A stretch of DNA of 39,134 bases, from the NCBI GenBank assembly GCA_025201805.1, contig MU619247.1, forward strand, positions 83,313 to 122,446. Reading direction: 5' to 3'. A model generated the notes under the pieces. The model saw nothing but the letters and a program-made list of their open reading frames with translations. It did no database searches and had not been told where the DNA came from. The stretch comes from Parasitella parasitica NRRL 2501 (lineage: Eukaryota; Fungi; Mucoromycota). Below are positions 23,401-36,186 of the stretch, piece by piece. Position 1 is the first letter of the stretch; every line of letters begins with the position of its first letter. The position numbers and the translations under genes are program-made.

Positions 23401-24477
23401 ATGATTCCGGTTATCCCAATTATTTATTGGACGAAATGGTTCAGTATGAATCAGTGGGAGGGTTACAACATTGATGCATGTGGTCTACCGTACTCGTGTC
23501 AATTTACACACAACAGATCTCAGTTGAGGGATTCCTCAGTAGTTGTGTTCCATGCTTCAGATATGGGCGATACAAATGATTTGCCTCCTCTGGACGAGAA
23601 TCGAGCTTGGGTTTACCACAATGCAGAGGCACCGAAATATCAGCCCGACATAATAGATAAAATGCAATATAGTATGACATATCGTCTAGATTCTGACTTT
23701 CCATGGGGTTATCTGGAGAAGGATTATCTGCTGCAGCATATGCAAAAGCCTGTGAACAAGCAGCAATACAAGCGAAGCACACCCGTAGTATGGATTGTAT
23801 CAAACTGCAAAGCGTCGAATTACAGACACCATTATGTCCGCGAATTAAGCAAATGGATAGATGTCGATATTTATGGCCGTTGCATGAACAATCAGATATA
23901 CCCTGAAAACACCACAACCGTTGATTTAATATCGCAATATCACTTTTATCTTTCGTTCGAGAATTCTAACTGCAAAGACTATGTCACAGAAAAGCTCAGC
24001 AACGCCTATGCAGCTGGTACGATACCCATTGTGGATGGTCCTACTGATTACGGGCCTTTCATACCCAACACGCATTCTGTTATACGTGTGGATCAATTCC
24101 AAAATCCAGAAGAACTGGCAACGTACCTTCAAAGAGTACTCGCAGAGAAAGAGCTGTACGACCTTTACTTTGATTATCGACGGGAGGGTGGGTTATCAGA
24201 ACGCTTTATGTCAACCTTGGACTTGTTCCAACGAGGACGATGTGATTTATGTAAACTGGCATATGAGCGATACTTGAACATGTCGCTCTACTACCCCGGG
24301 AAGAAAATCTATCTGGACAACACCTGCATAGATAGCAAGCTTTACAGCTTTAAAAAAACAGCTGTTTGGAGAATATATTTGCCTTTGATATTATTGACGC
24401 TGGTCATTTTACTTTCAATCTTACAGCGGAGACGACACGCATACAGCAAATTGAAAAGTAGATTACCTTGCGCGTAA
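23401..24477 (+). CDS. GT10 alpha-1,3/4-fucosyltransferase
   Basis: Alpha-1,3-FucT motif YHFYLSFENSNCKDYVTEKLSNA...GTIPIV, plus SVVVFH, MTYRLDSD, WIVSNC and DIYGRC. C-terminal hydrophobic helix followed by RRRH. Confidence 0.92.
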   Translation: MIPVIPIIYWTKWFSMNQWEGYNIDACGLPYSCQFTHNRSQLRDSSVVVFHASDMGDTNDLPPLDENRAWVYHNAEAPKYQPDIIDKMQYSMTYRLDSDFPWGYLEKDYLLQHMQKPVNKQQYKRSTPVVWIVSNCKASNYRHHYVRELSKWIDVDIYGRCMNNQIYPENTTTVDLISQYHFYLSFENSNCKDYVTEKLSNAYAAGTIPIVDGPTDYGPFIPNTHSVIRVDQFQNPEELATYLQRVLAEKELYDLYFDYRREGGLSERFMSTLDLFQRGRCDLCKLAYERYLNMSLYYPGKKIYLDNTCIDSKLYSFKKTAVWRIYLPLILLTLVILLSILQRRRHAYSKLKSRLPCA

Positions 24478-24605
24478 TGTAGTACATGTCACTCCCGTAT
24501 TCCTCTACATTCAAATAGATCAAAAAGGGCATTTCCTTTTTTTTTTCTCTCCCCCCCCCCTTTCTTTGCTTTGCTTTGCTTTGCTGAATAAACCACATAT
24601 AAATC

Positions 24606-26208
<1,603 letters not shown>

Positions 26209-26910
26209 GCTAGCAACACGTCTCAATACCAAAAGAAAAAGAAGCCTTATTTACTGAGCTTCCCGTCCAATAAAAAATTAGTTTGGTGGGTTAATTTGAC
26301 AATTTTTTCGTGTAATTTGGTCGAATTTTTGAATCCTTGATTATTTCCCATGAAATAATATATAAAGATGAGAGAAGCATCTGCCTCTGTCATAGATCTG
26401 AGTAATATATATAGCTATATTTTTTAATTAGATGTTTGGCAACCATTACCTCTACACTACTAGTGATGTACATATTTCTTATTGGCCAAATCATCTCAGT
26501 TCTTATAAGAAATGGTGGAGGGTTTGAGCAACATTATCCTCTATATATTTCGACTGTTGGAGGACCAATGCTGCTACAAACAGCAAGGTAAATGAACATA
26601 CACCGTGCCACGTAAGATTACGCTATATTTCTTTTGTATCATGAAAATTGTGAAAACACATGACTGGATAACGAAAGTGGCATCAGATTCAACAGCTTAA
26701 ACACAAGGACATTCCCACAGCAACACTGTTCAAGAAAACAATCAATCCACAATAAACCCTCTTTATACAATAAATAAAATCTATATAATTCCTTTATAAT
26801 CGACCAATAAGCCGCAAAAAAAACAATTAGCAGTAGGGGAACACGATAATGAATGAGCAAAGACAATAAAGAACGTTAAATACTTCGTAAGAACGACATT
26901 TGCAGTCATA

Positions 26911-28008
26911 TCAAAGACCAAAATTACCACTAATTCCTCCCCCATAATAAGCCATATTGTTTTTAGAGGGGTAGGCATGGTATGGCTGTTGCTGCTGCTG
27001 ATAGTAATTTAGTGCATGTTTCTGTTGCTGCTGCTCCTGGGAGTGATACGAGTTGGTGTACGAGGAGTTATCGACACTGTACTGATCCGAATGATTCTGA
27101 TTACGAATGCGGCTGCTGCCATGTCTTTTAAACAAATTAAAAAGATTGTTACGGCTGCGGTAATGGTTTTGTGGAATCTGTTGGTGCTGGCAATGGTCTG
27201 TCATTCCGCTATCATACAATTGTTCGTGCATTGGCCATAAGTGCCGATTATAATTTTGATGTAGTTGCTGTTGCTGGTATTGCTGCTGATAGTGTTGATG
27301 CTGATGGCGTTGATGCTGATGTTGTTGATGTTGGTAATGTTGTTGCTGTTGCTGCTGCTGCTGCTGGTTTTGTTTCTGCTGCTGCTGCTGCTGATGATGG
27401 TATTGCTGTGTCAAAAGTGGGTTTCGTAATCCTGAAGTTGCTGTTGTTGCTGCTGCTTTTAGGCCAGATCTATCCATATTCATAAATGGGTTCACACTAT
27501 TTCCGGAAGCTCCACCGTTTCTAAGGAACTGCTGCTGTTGCTGTTGATAATGGTGCAAAGGATTTTGAGATGAGGGCAGCAACTCATGTCGTTGCCGTTG
27601 ATACAGAGAAGAATTGGGCGAATCTACTGTGGCATAATGCTCTTGTTGCTGATGCTTGCTGCGCCCGTAGTCGTCTTCATTCCGCTGTCCATTAAAAAGA
27701 GTCGACATACTTTTCTGTGATGATTTGTTTTTCAATCCGTCATGGCTACCGAGATACATAGTGCTATCATTAGACTGTCTTGAGGGATCGGAATAGTGCT
27801 GCTCTTTGGGGCCTGAATTCCAGAAATGCTGCCTATTCTCCAACTCATGAAAAGAGTGCTGATTAGCGGCCATATCAGAAAGCCAGTTATTCACATGATG
27901 GTTTCTCTGTTGATGCCAAGTTTCTGCGTTTTGGTAATAATCGCGATGGCTGCTGCTACTAATAAATGGGTGGTTCTGAAAAAGATACAGTCGAATTGTA
28001 TTCAGCAT
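26911..28008 (-). CDS. Hypothetical Q/H/N/Y-rich low-complexity protein
   Basis: 365-codon uninterrupted ORF in AT-rich DNA, with poly-Q tracts encoded by mixed CAG/CAA. Start codon uncertain. Confidence 0.65.
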   Translation of the reverse strand: MLNTIRLYLFQNHPFISSSSHRDYYQNAETWHQQRNHHVNNWLSDMAANQHSFHELENRQHFWNSGPKEQHYSDPSRQSNDSTMYLGSHDGLKNKSSQKSMSTLFNGQRNEDDYGRSKHQQQEHYATVDSPNSSLYQRQRHELLPSSQNPLHHYQQQQQQFLRNGGASGNSVNPFMNMDRSGLKAAATTATSGLRNPLLTQQYHHQQQQQQKQNQQQQQQQQQHYQHQQHQHQRHQHQHYQQQYQQQQLHQNYNRHLWPMHEQLYDSGMTDHCQHQQIPQNHYRSRNNLFNLFKRHGSSRIRNQNHSDQYSVDNSSYTNSYHSQEQQQQKHALNYYQQQQQPYHAYPSKNNMAYYGGGISGNFGL

Positions 28009-28880
28009 ATGTGTTCAAGAGAAAAAGGCTCCTTTGTAGTGATAGAGAATAGAAAAGACTTTAATAATGAATAGCATTACACCAAAGTCTTATACAGCGA
28101 AATCACCTGCTATTAGATGGATCATTGTGTACTATTGGCCTTCTCTTTTAGATGAATTGATCTCGTTATCCACACGTACCTGCACAGAAAATGAGGACCA
28201 ATTTCTCTGTAATGAGTTGTGATTAATCTATCGCATTTCACGTTATCAACACTTGCTGACAATATGTGCTGATATGACCATAAAAATGCATGCATTTGCT
28301 CAAAAACGAGAATCTAGATCTTTTTGTACCACCAATCTTTAACTCGCATTGCTGATCAGCATATCGTCACATTGATCAACATTCTTCGAACAAAGGTTTG
28401 CTTAATTTTTTCGGATAAATTCATCCTGACTCCAGATTCTCTAGTCTTATAGGAACTTACGTTTTCGGTATATGCTTTAATAACACTGAGACATCTAATT
28501 TTCAAACACCTTTTTTGATGCACGTCGATGGAGGTTTTAGATTTTTCATTATCAATTGACCCGTTTTCCTCTGTAGCACCCAATTGCTTTCAGAGCAAGC
28601 TGGTTTATATCTTTGGTGCATAAACATGATAAATAGAGGATTGAGGACATCGAGTCCATGCTTAAAGCTGTGCTAGATAGCCACCTTCAACCAACGCAGT
28701 ATAGCAAAGCGGCCTTGCCGATCTTCTAATGAATGATATGATCATTGATTTGGTCGCCGCTGCTGTTTTCCGCTTTATTTTAGATTTCTTTTCTATTTTT
28801 TTCTTTCCCTCTCTCTCTTTCTCTCTCTTTTGTTCTTCTGTTTCTTTTTCTTTAAACACTAACAGCAGAAAATTCGTATC

Positions 28881-29951
28881 ATGTCGCAAGTACAACAAAT
28901 AGGAAAGCCTAGTTTGCCTTCTATCCAATTTCTACTACAAGAAGGGCCTGGTAAGAATGCTTTTAATCTCTCCTTTTTTTTTTTTTTTTTTTTNNNNNNN
29001 NNNTCAGACGAAAATACTTACACAATAGTGATGAAACTAGGCTCCATTTTACCACCACCAAATGATAATAATGGCACAGAAAACGCAGGAAATTCGATTA
29101 TTCCCCCACATCAGAACAAAAGACAATTTGGACACAGAGCTTCTCGAAGCGTTAGTAGTCTTCCATTAGATTTACAGAGTTTATCGCTGCAAGCGCCTGA
29201 AGAAAGGCTCACAAACCCAGAGCCCAACCAGCACCTCATCACCAGCACTGCTCCTTCTAATCAACCGTATGGTGGAATTCCTTTCTCATCAACAGAAAAA
29301 CCTCCAAGCTGGATGCTTCCCAGTGATAGGCCACCTGTAGCGATAAATTACACACCTCCAATTGTTCCGTCGTCTAGCACTCAAAAAAGAAGATCTGCAT
29401 TCAGCGGAGGTCATGGGAGATCTGTTTCTGAATTCATGTTACCTCCAATATCGAATACTCCACCCTCCACGACTACTTCTACGACTCGTAGACATAGAAG
29501 AGCTGTATCTGCAAACACGGTGGATTTTATGCTTAGTCCATCTCCAAATGCTCATGTGAGAGCTCAATCTTACAGTCCTCAAGAACCATCATTAAATGGG
29601 GGGAGACAAACGCCTCCAACCTCGAATTTATTTGATCAGCTTCAAGTTGAAAATGGTACTATTAATACCACCAATAACATTGCTTCCTCCAGCACTAGCA
29701 ATGTAGCATCTGATACACCGGGGCGCTATGTATGTCCTTATTGCCATAAAAAGTTTTCAAGGCCTTCCTCATTACGTATTCATACATATTCTCATACAGG
29801 CGAGAAACCTTTTGTATGTATAGAGCCTGGCTGTGGACGACATTTCAGCGTTCAAAGTAACATGAGACGGCATTTACGAGTTCATCGATCTGGACGCACT
29901 GGAAACAACAAAGCTTTGGAAGCAACTAGAGAGGAGAATGAGGCAGCATAG
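28881..29951 (+). CDS. Two-finger C2H2 transcription factor, MtfA-like
   Basis: YVCPYCHKKFSRPSSLRIHTYSHTGEKPFVCIEPGCGRHFSVQSNMRRHLRVH; N-terminal LPSIQFLL motif. One intron starts at 28951 and contains a poly-T run and the N gap. Confidence 0.88.
   Translation: MSQVQQIGKPSLPSIQFLLQEGPGKNAFNLSFFFFFFXXXXSDENTYTIVMKLGSILPPPNDNNGTENAGNSIIPPHQNKRQFGHRASRSVSSLPLDLQSLSLQAPEERLTNPEPNQHLITSTAPSNQPYGGIPFSSTEKPPSWMLPSDRPPVAINYTPPIVPSSSTQKRRSAFSGGHGRSVSEFMLPPISNTPPSTTTSTTRRHRRAVSANTVDFMLSPSPNAHVRAQSYSPQEPSLNGGRQTPPTSNLFDQLQVENGTINTTNNIASSSTSNVASDTPGRYVCPYCHKKFSRPSSLRIHTYSHTGEKPFVCIEPGCGRHFSVQSNMRRHLRVHRSGRTGNNKALEATREENEAA
28994..29003. other. Assembly gap (10 N) after a poly-T run, inside an intron
   Basis: Run of n characters. 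Confidence 0.99.
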
Positions 29952-31327
29952 AGATGAAACCATTACTTTATATAGTCTCCACATATATACACATTTCTTT
30001 TTTATTTTTATTTTTTGTTTAACGAGAATATATAGCACTGTCTTCAAACTTTGCTGCAAACACATGGTATTTACCATGTACTCAGTTTGTCTCACATATT
30101 GCAAAACTAAACAGCAAAGCATTTTTATTTTTTTTCATTTTTTTTAACTATCTTAAAATCTTGTATATATTCTTTAATCATAATACCTTGTTTTTCATAA
30201 TTTTTGAATAAAGAAACAAGTTTTCCTTTATCCTCAATAGTACTAGTCGATCGCTGAAACAGACAGACAAGCTCTTCATTTACTGAATATATATTATTAT
30301 TATATATATATTGGCAATTGAGTCGAAATTAAATTACCCCAATGCTGAAGCTATTTTACCTTACCTTTTTACCAAGCAGACCAGAACGGAATGAAGCTTA
30401 CAAGTTTTCATATAGAGAGTGTCATCTACATGCCATAATATTCACAGTTTGCAACTTTGAAGTGACTTGGGCTGTAAACAAGTTTCATCACATTCGGTAG
30501 GTGATTTTCTTACGTTAAGCAACCAAGAATGATCCACAGATAAAGGCTCTGTGCATCAAATTTCAGATTGTTGAAGCGGCATCAATCATCACTTACGTTT
30601 AATGATTCCAGTCTATATAACCAAAAATGGACTTGACAGAAGTAACAAAACTACTTTCAGCTTTTATTCATGGCAATGTAGTTTTATTCTCACCAACGCG
30701 TATTTCAGGAAATCCATTGTAGAAGATCTAATCTTCCGCATGTCATTGATAAAACTAAGAACTCAAACTCTCAACAAGATGCTCTTGTGCCAGCTAGTAT
30801 GGGGAGATCTACTTATTTAGATACTTCAAATGATCTATTCTATACGTCTTGGTTTTATTATCTTGTCCGAAACAACTTGATGTTCTCTGTTATATTCTTG
30901 GCAAACTATCTCTTATAAGAATTGCCGTTGTCATGGCAATAAACTTCATATTTGATTCGACATGTCAAAAAGTTTATTTTGTTTTTTATTGGACGATAGC
31001 GGCATGATTCTTCCAAAACCTTACTGAAAGGAAAAAAAAAAAAGAAAGAAAAAAAAAAGAAGTAAAGGATTAAATATCAGTAAATATCAATGAATGCCCA
31101 AGTGCAAAAGATGAGATGAGATGAGGCTATTTTATAAAGAAAAAGTTTCTATAGTAGAACAAAAAGGATGTTCAAGGGTTTCTGGTTGATATAATATCAG
31201 CATTGCTAGATTAATGCTTGCAATTTTTTTTCTGCATCCCGCCCGGTCTGTTTTCGCTTTAAATGCATCGATACTAACTAACAGCGTTTTCTCTTTTTCT
31301 TCTCTTTCGTTATTATCTTTATTAAAA

Positions 31328-34300
31328 ATGGACGACTCACAACATCCACTCGTCGTATCTACTCCACCTCTACGTGGTCCCGTTGATTCTCCAGCACCCA
31401 TTGATGCCGCGGAGGTGGCGACCGATTTAAAAGCTCATCGAGGAAGCATGTCGTTGGCTACAACGCAATATGAGCAGCAAGCGCCTGTAGATAGTAGAAT
31501 TTTGCGTGGGAGGTCAAAATCCCTTGCTTTCAATATGCAAGCGTTCAGACCTCCAGTAGATTACATTGCTCCTGTCACTGCTTCAGGTGTGCCTTTTAAA
31601 GCAAGATCCTGGGAACCTACGCTTGAGAAAGCGATTCGTGCTATTGTATCTATTAAGGCTAGTCATGTACGAAGTTTTGATACAGAAACGTCAGGTAAAA
31701 TAGGAAGCGGTTTTCATTATGGGACATGTTTCTAATCATGAGAGTGCATGGTAGGTGGTTATACTGCCACTGGCTTTATCGTTGATGCTGCACGCGGTAT
31801 CATATTGACAAATCGCCATGTTGTGTCTGCCGCGCCCATTGTAGCTCAAGCCGTATTGACAAACTACGAGGAAGTTGACTTGAAGCCAGTTTACCGTGAT
31901 CCAGTCCATGATTTTGGCTTTATGCAGGTATGGGAATAATTGAAAAATAGCACTAAATTATCTGCTGAGATTTTTTTTGTTTTTAGTTTGATCCTACTCG
32001 CATTAAATTCATGGAATTGGAAGAAATTAAACTTAGTCCAGAGCGTGCTAAAGTAGGTTTGGACATTCGAGTCGTTGGGTATGTATTCAAACAGTGCAAT
32101 CCAAACGTTTCATTGATTTTTTTTTTTTTTTTTTTTTTTTGCCAACTTGTGTGAAGCAATGATGCGGGTGAAAAGTTGAGTATTTTGGCTGGCACATTGG
32201 CAAGATTAGACAGAAGAGCTCCCGAGTACGGTGTTGGCGAATACAACGATTTCAATACCTTTTATTTGCAGGCCGCATCAGGCACTAGTGGCGGCTCATC
32301 TGGCAGCCCCGTACTTGACATTGACGGGCATGCGGTTGCGCTCAATGCAGGTGGTGCCAGCCGTGCCTCTTCTTCCTACTATTTGCCATTGGATCGTGTG
32401 CAAAGAGCGCTCACTTTTATCCAGAGGGGCCTCCCAGTACCTCGTGGTACTCTGCAAACCGAATTCGAATACTTGCCCTACAATGAAGTGCGTCGTCTAG
32501 GTCTTAAGGCTCACATTGAAGAAAAGGTCAGACACAAGTTCCCCGAAGAGACAGGTATGCTTGTTGTGCGATCCCTGCTACCCAAGGGCCCTGCAGACAA
32601 TGTGCTTGTTCCTGGTGATATTATCATTGGCTGCAATGGTAAAATGGTGCCTCATTTCATTGCCTTGTTTGCAATCTTGGACGACTCTGTTGATCAACAG
32701 ATATCGTTGACTATAAGTCGTGGCAAAAAGGTGCAAGAGGTCAAGCTGACTGTACAAGACCTTCATCTGATCACGCCTAACCGTTTTGTAGAAATTGGTG
32801 GCGGCATCGTGCATGAATTATCCTATCAGCTAGCCAAATCCTATTCACAGCCTACAGGAGGTGTCTACGTTGCTACATCTGGCCACATGCTGGCTAGTGC
32901 AAGTGCTTGGCGCAAGAGTATCATTGTTAGCGTAAACAACATCCTGACCCCCAATTTAGATGCGTTCATTGAGGCCATGAAGACATTGGCAGACGGTGCT
33001 CGTGTGCCAGTCAGGTAACATGAGCAAAATCCACCAACGAAATTCATGCAAAAGAAGCCACTAACTGGCAAACTCCAATAGATTTTATGCCTTACACAAG
33101 GCTTACAAGGATAAAGTCATGATTATGCATGTGGACAGACACTGGCACAAGTTTAGAACGGCCACCCGCAACGGTAGGGTGCCATACAAAAAAAAACAAA
33201 AAACAAAAAACAAAAAAAAGCAAAGATCTAACTTGTTATTTTTTGCAGATCTAACCGGGCTCTGGGATTTCACTGAGATGCCTCCTCCTCCTACTACCAT
33301 CCCTTATTCTCCATCAACTGCTACCTTTCCACCTATGGATTCATCATTGGCACTTGCAGAAAAGCTGATGCCCTCGTTTGTAGCTATTGACTTTTATCTG
33401 CCCTACTTGGTCGATGGTATGAAAGCAACTCAGTTCTATGGCACAGGCTTCATTGTTTCCACCAACCCCGCCTTGATTGTTTGTGATCGAGACACGATTC
33501 CCATCGGCTTGGGTGACATCTTTATTACCTTTGCTAATTCTATCATCATCCCTGGGCGCCTACTGTTCCTGCACCCATTCTATAATTATGTCATCTTGAC
33601 ATATGACCCCAAGTTGATTGGCGACACTCCGGTAAAGCCTCTGGAATTTAGCGACAAGGAGCTTAATCAAGGCGACGAAATCAACTTTATTGGCATCGGA
33701 AATGATCATTCCGTTGTTGTGAAGAAGACCACAGTTTCTTCAGTATCCAATATTGGCACCCGTGAGTGTTCACCCCCTCGCTGGCGTGCCATGAACGTAG
33801 AAGGCATCAAAATCGATGACTCTCTCTCTGCGCAAGGCGGTCTAATCACCAACGACGACGGTCAAGTACAGGCATTGTGGATCAGCTACTCGAGCCAGTC
33901 TGAAAAAGGCAAGGACATCTCTTTCATGTCGGGCTTGCTATCTTCTTTGATCAAGCCGACAATCGACAAGTTTTTACAGAGTGGCGACAAGGTTGTTTTC
34001 AAAGGCCTTGATGCTGAATTGTGGACTATGCGTATTGCAGCTGCTCGTACCTTGGGCTTGAGTGATGAGTGGGTCAAGAAGATTGAAGAAAGTGGCTCAA
34101 CCCGCCATACTTTGCTCTACGTGCTCAACATTTTGGATGAACGCAGTGCTTGCGCCAAAGTTCTTAATGTGGGCGATGTCATTCTAAGCGTCGATGGCAA
34201 ATTGGTGACCCGTATGAGCCATATGATGCTTGTTCACGAGAAAGATAACATTGACATGGTCATTTTGCGTGATGGAAAGGAGCTCTGTGTCAACGTTCCT

Positions 34301-34834
34301 ATGAGTGAGTTCAGTAGCTATGAAACTACCCGAGTCATTGGCTGGCAAGGCGCTTTAATTCAACGTCCATACAAGGCTGTCTTGGAACAGGTGCGCAATG
34401 TGCCTGCTGGTGTGTACGTTTCTTGCACATTATATGGCTCCCCTGCATCAAATGTTCTTCGTCCCGGCGTTTGGATCGTTGAAGTTCAAGGCAAGCCAGT
34501 AAAAGACTTGGATTCATTTTTGCAGGTGGTGCATGCCCATGAGATGGAGATGGGCCGTCGTCGTCGTCCCAGCTACATTCCACCCGTTCAAAGAAGTGCC
34601 GAAGAGCAAGCAAGAAGAGAAAACGAGCAAAATGATAACGACGCTTTGATACCTGATGTTGTTGATGAAGACGATGACGACGACAATGATGAAGGCTATA
34701 TTCGCATCAAGACTGTTAGCAGAAATGAAACTGTCCGCGTAGTTGCGGTTAAACTCGACCTGCATTACTGGGACTCTTGGCAGTTGATCCATGATGCCAA
34801 ATCTGTATCAGGTTGGACCTCCAAGAGCGCTTAA
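31328..34834 (+). CDS. NMA111: Nma111/Ynm3-type HtrA serine protease with PDZ domains, multi-exon
   Basis: [20 protein letters not shown] (His), [10 protein letters not shown] (Asp), [13 protein letters not shown] (Ser), [12 protein letters not shown], tandem PDZ-like regions and a second degenerate protease module. Confidence 0.93.
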
Positions 34835-34865
34835 CTGAGAGACGGGTGTTCTCTAAATATTTTTG

Positions 34866-34867
34866 CA

Positions 34868-34908
<41 letters not shown>
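34866..34908. repeat. (CA)n microsatellite downstream of the NMA111 stop
   Basis: Near-perfect CA run. Confidence 0.95.
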
Positions 34909-34910
<2 letters not shown>

Positions 34911-35219
34911 TCACAAATACTGTACAGCTTTTTCCTTTGTTTTGTTTAAATATTCATTTCCTTGCTTACATATTTTGCAAAGCTGCGCAAATATAACATT
35001 GATTTATTGTTTATCACCGGTATAAATATCATGAATGTAATCTATTCTTTTGCAATTAAAAATCGTTTGTACGTGGACATAAGCAGCGCGAAGGAGAAAT
35101 GCAGTTGAAAATGAGGCATCGAAGGCTTTACTTATATAGTACAACATCCGTTTGATATCAATCTGCTGTTGGTATTCTTTTTTTGTTTATTTTGTTGTAG
35201 CTTAATATTGGACCTTTGA

Positions 35220-36186
35220 TATGGTTTAGGGTCCAAAACAGACCAAGATCTGAAAAGTGGTTAGAGGTGCCTGAGGCTCGGACATGTTGTAGAATGGTGC
35301 AAAAGAACAATGTTTTGGCTGAACGTTGTATCTCTATCGCTTAATAGTTTGTAAAGATATCAGAGGTTGCAAATTGTGCCTTTGAGCGGGGGGAAAAGGG
35401 TGGTAATACGGTATTTCCGGTTAGGTAGTATTTACTTCACCCCAAAATGAAGACACGTAAAAAATGGGGTCAGAGATCGTCTTAACAGTATCTCAGTTAT
35501 CAATTTATATTGAGACATACTCAAGTCAACTACTAGGATCGTGCCTTGCTCCTCAATTCAAAATGGATGGTTCACTAATTCATGGCTCTAATTTTAATCT
35601 TGGCAAAAAAATTGAAGTCTTGAGCAGACCTAACTTCATACGAGTGTAAAAGCATAATCAATTCAAGTTTCCTATGCCTGCGTTTATGGCTGCGTTTATG
35701 CCTGCGTTTATGCCTGCGTTTATGGCTAAGCACGACCACCGCATCCCTGAAGCTCGACACATTTATAAGCAAATACAGGCTGCAGCCAAGCGAAATAAAT
35801 GGTAGAATTGCTCATCTTTCTAACGCTGGTTTCAATACTACCTCTATTTTCAATACGCTAAAAGCTGTGGTATTAATAATATTGTAAAAAAAGAGACATT
35901 GAAAACAGGTTTTATCTTTATTTCAAATCAGAAAGAGGGAAAACTATGCTTGATTATGTTACAAAACTGCAGGATAAAAAGTACGTAATGTTACAATACT
36001 GATGGCGAACGCAAGCAAGAGTCTGTTTTTTTCTGTCATGAATCATCTATATTGAAGGCAAGAATAATGCTCAAGAGTCTCATTACCGATGCTACGTATA
36101 GGCTAAATTCTCATAAATTGGCCTACGTAAACATTGTGGGCACCAGCAATCAAACTAGAAAAAAAAAAGCTGACATATCGACTACA
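35220..36186 (+). pseudogene. Decayed MULE/Mutator (FAR1-like) transposase fragment
   Basis: 36001-36150 reads DGERKQESVFFCHESSILKARIMLKSLITDATYRLNSHKLAYVNIVGTSN, matching the MULE motif D.TY..N....L..IVG around the first catalytic Asp. Upstream remnants are frameshifted; the left boundary is approximate. Confidence 0.7.
35673..35727. repeat. 12-bp minisatellite (TATGSCTGCGTT) x ~4.5
   Basis: Read directly from the sequence. Confidence 0.9.

Noticed and set aside
27016-27485. Plus-strand poly-Ala/Val/Leu ORFs
   Set aside because: Antisense translation of the CAG/CAA poly-Q tracts.
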